DNA of 64,000 bases from an uncultured delta proteobacterium (lineage in GTDB: Bacteria; Myxococcota_A; Polyangia; Polyangiales; Polyangiaceae). The stretch is from NCBI GenBank assembly GCA_963850305.1, contig CAWKKR010000008.1, positions 1,376,001 to 1,440,000 of the forward strand, written 5' to 3'. The notes under the pieces were generated by a model. That model searched no databases. It had not been told where the DNA came from and saw only the letters and a list, made by a program, of their open reading frames with translations. The translations under genes and the position numbers were made by a program. Numbering within the stretch: the stretch's first letter is position 1; every line of letters begins with the position of its first letter. Of the stretch, positions 14,338 through 24,843 are shown in pieces.

Positions 14338-14771
14338 CGGAAAGCGGGCTTTCGCTCGGTCTCCGACAGCTCACGTAGGAACGAGCGATGCCCCAAATCA
14401 GAAGCGTCGAACTCAGCGCGGACGCGTCTCAGGAAATAGATGAGCTGCGGCGAGCGCAGCCGACCCTCGACTTCCACCGCGCCGAACTTGTAGGTCTTTA
14501 CGCCCTCCTTGTCGGCCTCGGTTTTGACCTCGGTGACCGGATTGGCAGGAGGGTTTGTTGGCGCGACTTTGTCCTCCGTCGCTCTCCCGTGAGGCGAAGA
14601 AGAAGCGGCCGGAGCCGGCACTGCGGTCACGGCAGTCCGCGGCGAATGACGCTTCGCGGGTCGCGCCTTGCCCGCACCAAAGCTCGACGTCGTCACGAGC
14701 GCCGAAGCGAGCACGAACACCCAGCCGCCGATGCGCCCGCGACCTCCCTTCGTCGACCGTCGTTCGGACAT
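14334..14771 (-). CDS. GltF/CglF-like small exported protein
   Basis: Signal peptide, Pro/Ala linker, C-terminal YKFGAVEVEGRLRSPQLIYFLRR...RSFLREL resembling CglF/GltF; stop overlaps start of the gltG-like gene. Confidence 0.65.
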   Translation of the reverse strand: MSERRSTKGGRGRIGGWVFVLASALVTTSSFGAGKARPAKRHSPRTAVTAVPAPAASSSPHGRATEDKVAPTNPPANPVTEVKTEADKEGVKTYKFGAVEVEGRLRSPQLIYFLRRVRAEFDASDLGHRSFLRELSETERKPAFR

Positions 14772-14961
14772 GGGATTTCGAGAGCTTAACCCGATCCCGT
14801 CGGGGGCTAGAAGGCGCGGCAGGCTCATCGGAGCGGGCCAATCGAGGATTACTGAACCTGCGTGCGGTTCCTCGCGCGTCCGTCCCTCGATTTCGAGAAG
14901 GTTTGACTCGCCTTCGGCTTGCGTGGACCAAGGGCTAAGACTAGGGTGTGCGCCCTTCATC

Positions 14962-15273
14962 ATGGCAACGGCGGTCATTCGAACTGGCGGTAAGCAATAC
15001 CGCGTCACCGAGGGCGATACGCTGTCGGTCGAGCTTCTCGGCGGCAGTCCCGGAGACGTGGTCGAGTTCTCGGAGGTTCTGCTCGTCGGTGGAGACACAC
15101 CGAAAATTGGAGCTCCCCTCGTCGCAGGCGCCAAGGTGCGCGCCGAGATCGTCCGGCATGACCGCGGCGAGCGGCTGGTCGTATTCAAGTTCAAGCGACG
15201 CAAGCGCTTCAAGAAGCGGAACGGACACCGACAGCATCTCACGTCCGTGAAGATCACTTCCATCCAGGGTTAA
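14962..15273 (+). CDS. rplU: 50S ribosomal protein L21
   Basis: [12 protein letters not shown]...GHRQ. Confidence 0.98.
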   Translation: MATAVIRTGGKQYRVTEGDTLSVELLGGSPGDVVEFSEVLLVGGDTPKIGAPLVAGAKVRAEIVRHDRGERLVVFKFKRRKRFKKRNGHRQHLTSVKITSIQG

Positions 15274-15277
15274 GCGA

Positions 15278-15541
15278 ATGGCACACAAAAAGGGCGGCGG
15301 CTCGACCCGCAACGGACGTGAATCCAACTCCCAGCGACGCGGCGTGAAGGTTTACGGCGGCGAACAGGTGAACGCCGGCGGCATCCTCGTGCGCCAGGTC
15401 GGTCAAACGATTGCTCCGGGTCGTAACGTCGGGCTCGGTCGCGACTTCACTCTCTTCGCCCTCGTGACCGGCCAGGTCGCTTACGAATGGGTGAACAAGA
15501 AGAAGAAGCGCGTCTCCGTTTACCCGGCCCAAGTGGTTTGA
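15278..15541 (+). CDS. rpmA: 50S ribosomal protein L27
   Basis: [16 protein letters not shown]...GILVRQ. Confidence 0.98.
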   Translation: MAHKKGGGSTRNGRESNSQRRGVKVYGGEQVNAGGILVRQVGQTIAPGRNVGLGRDFTLFALVTGQVAYEWVNKKKKRVSVYPAQVV

Positions 15542-15555
15542 GCGGGGTACGAGCA

Positions 15556-17334
15556 TTGCCGCGCATCGCGGTGCTGCCGCCCGGTTTGGCCAGCCAGATC
15601 GCTGCCGGAGAAGTGGTCGAGCGACCCGCGAGCGCGGTCAAGGAGCTCGTCGAGAACGCCGTCGATGCAGGGGCGACGCGAGTTGACGTCGAAATGGACG
15701 GCGGCGGCATCACGCGCCTGCTCGTTTCCGACGACGGCCATGGGATGGATGAAGCGGACGCGCGCCTCGCCGTCGAGCGTCACGCGACGAGCAAGCTGTT
15801 CGCGTTCGGCGACCTTGCGCGCGTCACGACGTACGGTTTCCGCGGCGAGGCGCTGCCGAGCATCGCCTCCGTGAGCAGATTTTCGATGCGCACGCGCCGC
15901 GCCGGCGACGAAGCAGCGACCAGCGTCGTGGTCGAGGGAGGCGCGTCGCCCATCGTCTCGATCGCCGGTGCCCCCGTGGGCACGACGATCGAAGTTCGAG
16001 ATCTCTTCTACAACGTGATTCCGAGGCGCAAATTCCTGCGATCGGCGAACACCGAGTCCGGCCACGTCGCTGACGTCGTCGAGGTTGCTGCGCTGATGCG
16101 ACCCGACATCACTTTCACCGTTTCGCGCGATGGGCGGCGCGTCCGTGAATGGCTCCGCGCCGAGTCGCGCGAAGAGCGGATCCAGAGCCTGCTCGGCGAC
16201 GGGCTGACTCGCGTGACGGGAGAGCGGGGCCCTCTGTCCATCGAGGCGTTTCTGTCGCGCCCGGAACACGCCCGCGCGGGCGCCGGTGGTCTCCGGCTCC
16301 TCGTCAATGCGCGACCCGTCCGGGACCGCTCACTCGTTCACACGATCGCACAGGCATACGGCAGCATCCTGGAGCGGGGGCGCTATCCGCGCGGCGTCGT
16401 GTATCTCGAGCTCCCGCCGTCTCTCGTCGACGTCAACGTGCATCCGCAAAAAGAGGAGGTGCGATTCGCCGACCCTCGCGCCGTGACGGACGCCGTTTAT
16501 CACACGCTCAGCACGGCCCTCGCTCGCGCATTTGCGTTGCCGACGCCGTCGCGGTCGCCCTGGGTCCAGCGGCCATCGCCGGCCGCGTTCGTCGTCCGCT
16601 CGATCGACGCGCAGTCGCCGCCCGACGTGTCCTCCCGGATAGCGACGGTTCCCGACGCGCGGGAAGTCGAGCCGATGGATCTTGCGGCTCACGCGCCCGA
16701 CCGCGCGCTCGAGGTTCGGGATTCGGCCGCGCCTATTCAACCGGGCCCCGCCCTCCGCTGGGCGAGTCTTCGGTTCGTCGCCCAGGTCCGTCAGACCTAC
16801 CTGATCTGCGAAGGTCAAGAAGGGCTTTACGTCATCGACCAGCATGCCGCCGCGGAACGCGTGAACTTCGATCGTCTGCGCAAGCAATATCGCTCGCGTG
16901 CGGTTCCGTCCCAGACACTGCTCTTTCCGATCACCATCCATGTCAATCCTCCGGAGAGCGAGATCATCGGGCAGAAGTCCGAGAACTTCGCGTCGCTCGG
17001 GCTCGATCTCCGCGTCCGCGGGCCGGAGATGGTGAGCGTCCATTCGGTCCCGAGGCTCCTGTCGCGCGCGAGTCCCGAGCGCCTGGTACGTGACCTGCTC
17101 ACCGAGGTGACGCGCGTCGGCGGGCGGGCGTTCAGCGATGCTGTCGATCTGGCGCTCGCGACGATGGCTTGCCATGGCTCGATTCGCGCCGGGGATCCGC
17201 TCGAGGAGGGGGAAGCAACGGCGTTGTTAAGCGCCCTGGATCTCGCGGACTTCGCCGGCCATTGTCCGCACGGTCGTCCCGTCGTCGCCGTGACGAGCTG
17301 GAGCGAGCTCGAGCGCAAAGTCGGCCGACGCTGA
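15556..17334 (+). CDS. mutL: DNA mismatch repair endonuclease MutL
   Basis: IAAGEVVERPASAVKELVENAVDAGA, GFRGEAL, VDVNVHP, DQHAAAER, ACH, CPHGRP; TTG start inferred. Confidence 0.97.
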   Translation: MPRIAVLPPGLASQIAAGEVVERPASAVKELVENAVDAGATRVDVEMDGGGITRLLVSDDGHGMDEADARLAVERHATSKLFAFGDLARVTTYGFRGEALPSIASVSRFSMRTRRAGDEAATSVVVEGGASPIVSIAGAPVGTTIEVRDLFYNVIPRRKFLRSANTESGHVADVVEVAALMRPDITFTVSRDGRRVREWLRAESREERIQSLLGDGLTRVTGERGPLSIEAFLSRPEHARAGAGGLRLLVNARPVRDRSLVHTIAQAYGSILERGRYPRGVVYLELPPSLVDVNVHPQKEEVRFADPRAVTDAVYHTLSTALARAFALPTPSRSPWVQRPSPAAFVVRSIDAQSPPDVSSRIATVPDAREVEPMDLAAHAPDRALEVRDSAAPIQPGPALRWASLRFVAQVRQTYLICEGQEGLYVIDQHAAAERVNFDRLRKQYRSRAVPSQTLLFPITIHVNPPESEIIGQKSENFASLGLDLRVRGPEMVSVHSVPRLLSRASPERLVRDLLTEVTRVGGRAFSDAVDLALATMACHGSIRAGDPLEEGEATALLSALDLADFAGHCPHGRPVVAVTSWSELERKVGRR

Positions 17335-17337
17335 ACC

Positions 17338-18339
17338 TCAGTGAGCGAGCCACCGCGAGGGCGGCGCGGGCGCAAATTGCCCCGGAAACGGATTGGCGGT
17401 CTCGCGGCGCTGGAGCTCTTGCGGTGTCCAGCGCAGATCGGTGCCGCGCTCGTTGAAGATCGCCACGCCCACGACGCCCACGTTCCTGTCCTTGCCCATG
17501 CGGCTCGCATACGAGTCGCTCACCTTGCCGAAGCGGAACGCTCGAACGAACCCTTGGCTCTCGCGAAATCCTTCGATGTCGAGCGTGTCGTACGGCCCGA
17601 CCACGTATCCCCGCTTCTCGAAACTGCCGTCTCCGCCGTCGACGACGTCGAGTCCATCCACGCTCGCCACCGTTTCCAGTCGAAATGGCGACCGATTGTC
17701 GATGCGCACGATGTACCGATCGCCGTCGTGTCCGATGGCCGTCGTCCGCCCGTCGATGAAGGCGGCGCGGAGCGGCCGACCGCTCTCGTCGACCAGACTC
17801 ACGATCACGTTCCCGTTCGCGAGCGGCATGACGCTATCACCCCAATCGACGAACCTTCCATGGCTCTCGGCGCTCACGCCAGCCTCGTCGTTGTAAAAGA
17901 AGGAGGCTGCGGCAAAAGGGTGTTCGTCGCTCTGACGTTCGAAGGTAGTCGTCGAAACGCGGCTCGCGACCGACTCTCCCCAGGACGTTCCGAGACCCAG
18001 GCGCGATTTTTTCTCCGCTCGATCGAGCTCCGCGGGGGCTCCGGACCCGGCGAGCGCGTCGTCGTTGCTCGGCGCGGCCGACCCTGCAGATGCGCGTGAC
18101 GCCGCTTCGGGTTCGTCTCTCGGCGCCGGTGGAGCCTGGGGCTCGTCTCTCGGCCCCGGTGGAGCTGCAGCGACGCGGGGGAGCTCCTCGACGTCCGTCG
18201 CGGGCGCATCGCCAGGGAAGGGCCGAGCCTGGTGACCGAAATGCGCCGGAGTTCCGGTCGCTTCCGGCGTGGCGCCGTGACCGCAGCCCGTGAGCGCGAG
18301 TGACGTCAGGAAACCGAGAATCGAGACTCTTGCGACCAT
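17338..18339 (-). CDS. conserved hypothetical lipoprotein
   Basis: GGAGG RBS, lipobox LTGC, Pro-rich linker, LGTSWGE and VASVDGLDVVDG...GVVGVAIF domain. Confidence 0.8.
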   Translation of the reverse strand: MVARVSILGFLTSLALTGCGHGATPEATGTPAHFGHQARPFPGDAPATDVEELPRVAAAPPGPRDEPQAPPAPRDEPEAASRASAGSAAPSNDDALAGSGAPAELDRAEKKSRLGLGTSWGESVASRVSTTTFERQSDEHPFAAASFFYNDEAGVSAESHGRFVDWGDSVMPLANGNVIVSLVDESGRPLRAAFIDGRTTAIGHDGDRYIVRIDNRSPFRLETVASVDGLDVVDGGDGSFEKRGYVVGPYDTLDIEGFRESQGFVRAFRFGKVSDSYASRMGKDRNVGVVGVAIFNERGTDLRWTPQELQRRETANPFPGQFAPAPPSRWLAH

Positions 18340-18474
18340 TCCGTTTGCCTCCATTTGATGATTCGACGGATGAGTCCGGAAAAAGTGCTGCGCGTTCTGA
18401 TCGAGTTTCGACCACGGTCGGGTAAGACACTCTGCGACCGTGTCTCCACACGATGCCAGGAGTGACGAAGGCGA

Positions 18475-19380
18475 ATGACGGATCCTGCGCTGCCGCTGCT
18501 CGTGATCGTCGGACCAACGGCATCCGGCAAGACGGCCCTCGCGGTGCGTGCGGCGGAGGTGCTGGGAGGCGAGATCGTCAGCGCCGACAGTGTCCAGATC
18601 TATCGCCGATTCGACATCGGTTCGGGCAAGCCGAGTGCCGAGGAGCGGCGGGGCGTGCCCCATCACCTCATCGACGCCGTCGAGCCGCTCGCACCGATGG
18701 ACGCAGCGCGATGGGCGTCTCTCGCCTCGGACGCGATCGACGGGATCCGTGCGCGCGGCCGCGTGCCGATCGTGTGCGGCGGCACGTTCCTGTGGGTTCG
18801 CGCGTTACTGTTCGGACTGTCGCGTGCGCCGCCCGCGGACGAGCGAGTGCGCGCCCGACACGAGGCGCTGGTTGCCTCCGAGGGTCGAGCCGCGCTTCAC
18901 GCTCTCCTGGCCCGCGTGGATGAAGCGACGGCCTCGCGCCTCGCGCCGAACGACTTCGTTCGGGTCAGCCGCGCGCTCGAGGTCCATGAGCTGACGGGAA
19001 CCCCGCTCAGCGACTGGCACGCCGCCCACGGCTTTCGAGACCCGAAGTACGACGCGCGTCTGGTCGGCGTGCAATGGACGCCCGACGAACTGTCCGTCCG
19101 CATCGCGACCCGCGTGGCCTCGATGCTGACGGCCGGCTGGGTCGACGAGGTTCGCGCGCTCGTGGCGGAGGGCTTCCGCGCCGCGCGCGCGATGACGTCC
19201 GTCGGCTACCGTCAGATCGCCGACGCGGTCGAGCGGGGCGCGCCCGATCTGGCGACGCTGGAGCGGGAGATTGTCCGGGCCACGCGCGTCTTCGCTCGTC
19301 GTCAGCGCACCTGGTTACGAGACGAACCCGTGGAGTGGCTATCGCCGATCGACGCGGTGGGTTTCAAGGGCCGGGCTTGA
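18475..19380 (+). CDS. miaA: tRNA dimethylallyltransferase
   Basis: GPTASGKT, SADSVQIY, DIGSGKP, PHHLID, GGTFLW, ARRQRTW. Confidence 0.96.
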   Translation: MTDPALPLLVIVGPTASGKTALAVRAAEVLGGEIVSADSVQIYRRFDIGSGKPSAEERRGVPHHLIDAVEPLAPMDAARWASLASDAIDGIRARGRVPIVCGGTFLWVRALLFGLSRAPPADERVRARHEALVASEGRAALHALLARVDEATASRLAPNDFVRVSRALEVHELTGTPLSDWHAAHGFRDPKYDARLVGVQWTPDELSVRIATRVASMLTAGWVDEVRALVAEGFRAARAMTSVGYRQIADAVERGAPDLATLEREIVRATRVFARRQRTWLRDEPVEWLSPIDAVGFKGRA

Positions 19381-20384
19381 GGCCCAGCGACGCGTCGAGG
19401 AACTCGAGGAACGTCTCCGGTAGCTTCGAGGGCTTTGCGAGCACCACGTCCGAGGGCTCGGCGACTACCGCGGGACGTTCCACGATGAGGGGCGCCGCAC
19501 TTGCGGCGTGCATGCTCGGCGGCACCGACGCGGCGAACCCCGGCGACGTCAGCGACTCGGGCGCGGCCTGCGCCACCGGCTCGAGGCTAGTCTGGTGACG
19601 CGCGAGAATCGGCCTGCACGTCCGAAGGCGGCGCGAGGTCGGCGTGATAGCCGCCCGAGAACTCCTGTCGCGGGAGCGAAAGCTCGAGCTCATCGAGCGC
19701 GTCGGGCTTCTCGTCGGCCTCGGGGAGCGCGGCGAGCTCGAGCCGAGCTCCCGGCGCGTCGGCTCCTTCCAGCTCGACGGTTTCACCGAGTTGCTCCATC
19801 GTTGGAACGCCCGGTGGCGCCTTCGGAATCGGGCCACCCGAAAGGTCGGGTTGCAACAGGTCATCGACGTCGGCACCCCCGCCGAGATCCGCTTCCTCGG
19901 CCTCGTCCTCGCGGTAGGCGACGGCCGGGGCGGCGGGTGCCACGGGCGCCATGATCTGCCGCCCCGATTCTGGCGGCGGGGTCTTGATGGGGGCCTCGTG
20001 TTCCGCCTCGTCCCGGAGCGCGTGCGCCGGTCGTGGAGCGGACTCGGGGACCGGCTCTTCACCGTCGAGATCCGCATCGAGGGTTCGCGCCGCAGTCGTG
20101 GGTTCCGCGAGCTCGACAATCTCCGCGTCCATCATGTCGATCTCTTCCAGCTCGGCCTGCTCCGGTTCCGGGGCGGGCAGCGCTCGAACGGGCTCCGGCA
20201 TGGGCGTAGGTCGCGTTCTCGTTGCGTCCACGCGGGCGGTCGGAGGCAGCGCGCTCGGCGGCGATGCTTCGGCAGTAGCACTCGATCGGGCGGGGCCGTG
20301 CGTCCCCGCCCGTGGAGCTTCCGAATTTTTCCGGATTCGCTCGAGCAGTGATTCGAGCTTTGCGATCTGTTTCTGGACGTTCAA
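19364..20384 (-). CDS. acidic Pro/Glu-rich hypothetical protein (one +1 frameshift at about 19608)
   Basis: ORF 19587..20384 joins the tail of 19364..20119 after removing one base (VQAD-LARHQTSLE), ending TFLEFLDASLGL. Confidence 0.65.
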
Positions 20385-20400
20385 CGGGGCCTGCCTCGAT

Positions 20401-20943
20401 CTATGGAGACGCGTTCAGCCGCGTCAGAGCGTCGCCCCACGACGAGCCCTGAGTGAGCCACTTCTCGACCGTCGCGGCTGACGCGCGGTTCACCGCGACG
20501 AGGCGAGCTTTGCTATCGGTTCGATCCAGCGGGACGATCGCGCCGTCCCGCGACAGCGCGCGTTGCAGCGCGCCTTCGAGAATCGCCGAGAGCATGCGGT
20601 CACCGCCGGCCCCGAGGGGTGAGTTGGTCACGGTGAAGACGAGCGCGCGTCCCCAGACCTCCACGCCGAGAGAGCCAAGGCCCGACAGGGCGAGCTCGCC
20701 GCCGAGGTGTTCGACGAAGGCTGCGATCGAGCTCGTACCGTCGATGCGGGAGGCGACGCGACGCCCCATCTCGGTGCCCAGGTGGCGCCCGAAATCCGTC
20801 GTGCCCTCCGTGCCTGCGCTTTTGCACAGCGCGGCAAGCGCTTCCGTGGGAACCAAGAGTCGTGCGTCGGCGCCGTCCAACGACACGTGCCCGCGACCGA
20901 GTTCGAACCGAACGGAGTGAGTGGGATTGAAGGGCTTCGTCAT
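20401..20943 (-). CDS. V4R/XylR-N-like small-ligand-binding fold protein
   Basis: RLLVPTEAL...GRHLG...SGLGSL.VE...NSP...ILEG pattern recalls V4R-like folds. Confidence 0.55.
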   Translation of the reverse strand: MTKPFNPTHSVRFELGRGHVSLDGADARLLVPTEALAALCKSAGTEGTTDFGRHLGTEMGRRVASRIDGTSSIAAFVEHLGGELALSGLGSLGVEVWGRALVFTVTNSPLGAGGDRMLSAILEGALQRALSRDGAIVPLDRTDSKARLVAVNRASAATVEKWLTQGSSWGDALTRLNASP

Positions 20944-20995
20944 CACGGATCGGAAGACGCGCGATCGAGCGCGATTTTGCGAGTATAGGCGGGGT

Positions 20996-22367
20996 GTGCG
21001 ACGGGCTGTCAAATGCCGCGGGGGTTTCTGGCGAGCCGCGCTCCTGGCGAGCCTCTTCCTGGCGTCCCCGAGCCACCCGCAGCTCTTGCTCGGACAGGGG
21101 CCGAACGTGCCGCGTCCCCCGCCGACGCTCGACCCACGACTCCCGCGTGGCGCGGCGCAGGTCTTCGACGAGCGGCCGACCACGCCCGCGGTCTGCTCCT
21201 TCAAATACCCGGTTTGTTTCCACGCCGCACCAACAAAACTAAAAGAAAATCAGATGCTTGAATGGGTCGGTGCCCTCGAATCCGCGTACGAGCGGCTCGT
21301 GGTCTTGCTCGGACTGCCCGCACCGCTCGACGACGTGAATCACGGGGGCGGTCCGAACTTCGATGTGTACTTCGTGCCCGGTGCGCATGGCGTTCATGCC
21401 TCGCCCGATGCGGTGGATGAAGCCGCGGCGCACGATTCGGCGTCCGCATTCTGCGTCGTCGGCGACGACGCGCTCCCGATCGCTCGGGCAGCCACTCTGT
21501 GTCTCGGCGAGGCGATCGCGTTCGAGCTCGACGCGAGCGAGACGCCGTTTTCGCGCCGCGCGCTCGCGACCGAGCTCTGGCTCACGACGGGGACGCCGAC
21601 GTCCGCGGATGCGCGGGCCATCGATGACGTGCAAGCGTCGCCCGAACGCGCGATCGTCGCGCGCGACGCATCGAGTCGCGCGGAAGGGGGCGCGCTGCTC
21701 CTCGAATATCTCGACCGCGCGAAGGGCCGCGGCGCGCCTGCCGAAGTCGGACTCGCGACGTACGCGCTCTCTGCCGGCAAGCGGAGTCCGGCCGGATTGC
21801 GGTGGGTGAACGAGCCCGACACGCTCGACGTCCTTCGCGCGACGTTCGGCCCGACACCGAGCGACGTGGCGCGTTTGTTTGCCGATTTCGCCGTCGATCG
21901 CGCTTTTCTCGGCTCGCGCGACTCCCAGGGGCTCTGGCCGTCGTTGCGATGGGTCGGCGATTTCGGCCGGGTGCGCTTCGAGTGGAGCGTGCGGATTCAG
22001 CTCGTTTCCGCGTCGGCTGGCTCCGGCGCGGCCGGTCGAACCGACGGGCTCGACGTATCTATGGGTCACGCTCGACGAGCCGCCGCCCGTGCAAGGGTTC
22101 GGGTTCGAGGCGGACTGGGAGCCACCGGCCGCGTTTCGGTGGGCGCTGGTCGCGGTGGACGCTCGCGGTGTTCCATTGCGACGCATCGACGTTCCTTTTC
22201 TGGAGCGCGAGACTCACGTGGAGCGCATCATCGGCGATCTCACCGGTGCGGCGGGGGTGCTGATCGCGGGAACGAACCTCGGCGGGCTGGGTCCTAGCTA
22301 TCCGTTCGATCCCGATTTCGAGCCTTACGAGCCCCACGCCTATACCGTCTACCTCGCCATGCCATGA
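20996..22367 (+). CDS. secreted protein, degenerate zincin-like (one +1 frameshift at about 21995)
   Basis: Signal peptide; LGLPAPLDD...GGGPNFDVY; removing one A joins EWSVR-FSSFPRR to the ORF ending at 22367. Confidence 0.6.
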
Positions 22368-24843
22368 ACGCGAGCGCGAGCGCTCCGACACTCGCCGTTC
22401 GTCCCTGTCGCGTTCCGACGGAACAACCGCCGCGCGCGGCAAAGCCTGCTTGCGCGACGTTCACGTCCACGGCGATCGGCACGGTCGCCGACGCGAGCAT
22501 CTTGCCGCCGAGCAACGCATCCACCTCGAGCGCCGTGCCGCCCGTTCCCGCGCTCGCCGCGACGGCGAATTCGTACAACCCCGGAGCCGCCTTCGAGAGC
22601 GCCGACGTGACGGTGCCGTTTCTGACCGAAATCGTGAGCGCAGATTCGTCGAAGCCGTCGGCGGCGCGAGAGTTCGCGTCGCGAAGCTGGAGCATCGCCG
22701 CGACGTTCCACGCCGGGTCTGGATGGGCGTAAGTATCCCCGAGGACGAGCCAGCTCGCCTTTGCCGACGGGGCGCGAGTCACGGGCACGGCGAGCGCCTG
22801 TTCGACGTCGAGAGAGTCCGGCAGATAAAGCATCCCCGCGCCAAGCTGCGACGAGAGCGGTACTGCGCCGGACGGATGTCGAGCGCCCGCTTGAAGCAGA
22901 GTCAGGATCTCGTCTTCGGTGAGGGTCGGATCGCCTTGGAGCAGGAGCGCGACCGCGCCGGCAACGATCGGCGACGACATCGAGGTGCCGGCCGTCACTG
23001 CGTGCGTCGAGTCGACCACGGCGCAATCCGTGGGGGGCTCGCACGACCCCTCTGCAAAGATACTCGCAGCGTTCGTTGCGGGATCCGCGGCCCCGCTCAT
23101 CGCGCCCACGACGAACGCGCCCGGAGCGACCAGGTCTGGCTTGATCCGGAAATCCGAGGTCGGTCCTGCGGCGCTGAAAAACGCGATCGAATCCGGCGTC
23201 GGATCCGCGACGCTTCCGAACGGGCCGATCGTCTGCAGTACGCCTTTTCGATCGGTCCACGACGTCCGGTTCAGGGTTGCACCCACGGCGATGAGCCCGC
23301 TGCTCGCCGCAGGCAGCGATATCGTCGACTCCTTCGTCGCTGCGGGAAACACGGCGCCGAGCGAACCAGTATCGGGCCCGAGATCGCCGGTCGACTGTAC
23401 CCACAGATTCGCGGTTCCGTGCCCCTCGAGTCGGATCGCGAACGTCTCGTCGCGTGCCCACGTTCCGTCGATGATGACCACGGCCGCGTTCGCGTCGCCG
23501 AATCCCTCGTCGAGCGGCGTCAATGAACCGTTCGCGATCAGCGCGATGGGGTTCGCGTCGCCTCCCTGGACGGGCGCCGTCTTTCCGACCGGCGCTATCC
23601 AGGGCCCGCTTCGTCGATCGACGCCGACCTTGAGATCGTCGCCAGGCTGAAAGGCGAGGTAGACGAAGATCGTCGCGTTCAGCGTGCTGGCGGTCGTCGT
23701 GGACGCGGTGATGATGGGAATCCGCACCGACGAAAGTTCAGGCACGTTCACTTCGGTGTGCTCGCCGACGGGATTCGGGAACGACGGGATCCCGTCGTAG
23801 AGCGCGGCGCTGTTGCCCGCGGCGACGACGATCGCGCGACCCGGATGCATCGGTCCGACCTCGTCCGCAAGAGCGCGTTCGAGCGACGTGGTTCCGTCGT
23901 GTGGTCCAAAATCGCTTCCGAGACTCAGATTCACTACGGCCGGGACGCGATCGAGCCCGGCCCCGGCTCCCTCCTGCTCGGCGAGCCAGAAGACCATGTC
24001 AGTTGCGGACAGCAGTGAAGAGTCGTCTATGTTGCCGTCGGCATCGACGACGCGCGCAATGATGATGTCTGCGTCCGGCGCGACGCCGACGTATTTCTTC
24101 TCGGCGCCCCCGTTGCCGGCGGCCAGCGACGCGACGTGCGTGCCATGCCCCACGGAGTCCGTCGGGAGTTCGCCGCCGAGATTTTCGGCGAGGCGCGCGT
24201 CGATGTCGGCTTTTGCGTAGACGGCGCAGGGCAGCTTGGTCGTACACCGCGCCTCGGCCATTCCCGCGATCGTCGACGCGCTCGAGCCGGTTTGAATCGG
24301 AGCGCTGCCGTAGTCGATCAGATACAGGACGCGCGACGTACCATCCGGGTTTCGAAAGTCGGCCAGCGTCACGTCCGCGCCGGTGTCGACAATCCCGACG
24401 ATCACGCCCTCGCCGTTCCGCCCGGTCTGGTCGCGAAACGTCGTTGCGCCGGTCCAGACTGCCGCACGATCCATGAGCGGTCGAAGCGGCGCCGTCCAGG
24501 TCATTTGCCACGTCGGGTGCGCGCGTGACAGCGTGTCCAGGTCGGCGCGCGGCGCGCGTATTGCACTCCACTGATCGCCGAACCGCGGCAAGCCCCACAC
24601 TCTCGGGTCCTCACCCGCGGGAACCTCGATGATCGCGGAGAGTTCGCTTCGGCCATATAGTCCGCGCGCGGAGAGCGTCGCACCCGTGTGAGGCGCGGCG
24701 CGGATGATGCCACGCAGGTCGACCTGGGCGTTCGCCGCCGGTGCGAAGATGAGCGCGCCGACGACCATGGCCCTGACGGCGGCGCGACGTGACGTCGGAA
24801 GACGAATGCGGACCTGGGTGTTCAAAGTGTCCGAGCGACTCAC
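22294..24843 (-). CDS. S8 subtilisin-like serine protease with MYXO-CTERM-like tail
   Basis: IVDTG, GHGTHVAS, AAGN, GTSMSSP catalytic motifs; C-terminal GGCSVG + hydrophobic segment + Arg cluster. Confidence 0.93.
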   Translation of the reverse strand: MSRSDTLNTQVRIRLPTSRRAAVRAMVVGALIFAPAANAQVDLRGIIRAAPHTGATLSARGLYGRSELSAIIEVPAGEDPRVWGLPRFGDQWSAIRAPRADLDTLSRAHPTWQMTWTAPLRPLMDRAAVWTGATTFRDQTGRNGEGVIVGIVDTGADVTLADFRNPDGTSRVLYLIDYGSAPIQTGSSASTIAGMAEARCTTKLPCAVYAKADIDARLAENLGGELPTDSVGHGTHVASLAAGNGGAEKKYVGVAPDADIIIARVVDADGNIDDSSLLSATDMVFWLAEQEGAGAGLDRVPAVVNLSLGSDFGPHDGTTSLERALADEVGPMHPGRAIVVAAGNSAALYDGIPSFPNPVGEHTEVNVPELSSVRIPIITASTTTASTLNATIFVYLAFQPGDDLKVGVDRRSGPWIAPVGKTAPVQGGDANPIALIANGSLTPLDEGFGDANAAVVIIDGTWARDETFAIRLEGHGTANLWVQSTGDLGPDTGSLGAVFPAATKESTISLPAASSGLIAVGATLNRTSWTDRKGVLQTIGPFGSVADPTPDSIAFFSAAGPTSDFRIKPDLVAPGAFVVGAMSGAADPATNAASIFAEGSCEPPTDCAVVDSTHAVTAGTSMSSPIVAGAVALLLQGDPTLTEDEILTLLQAGARHPSGAVPLSSQLGAGMLYLPDSLDVEQALAVPVTRAPSAKASWLVLGDTYAHPDPAWNVAAMLQLRDANSRAADGFDESALTISVRNGTVTSALSKAAPGLYEFAVAASAGTGGTALEVDALLGGKMLASATVPIAVDVNVAQAGFAARGGCSVGTRQGRTASVGALALAFMAWRGRRYRRGARKARNRDRTDS

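Noticed and set aside
18108..18168. 30-bp duplication
   Set aside because: In-frame Pro-rich linker repeat (PPxPRDEP) inside the lipoprotein
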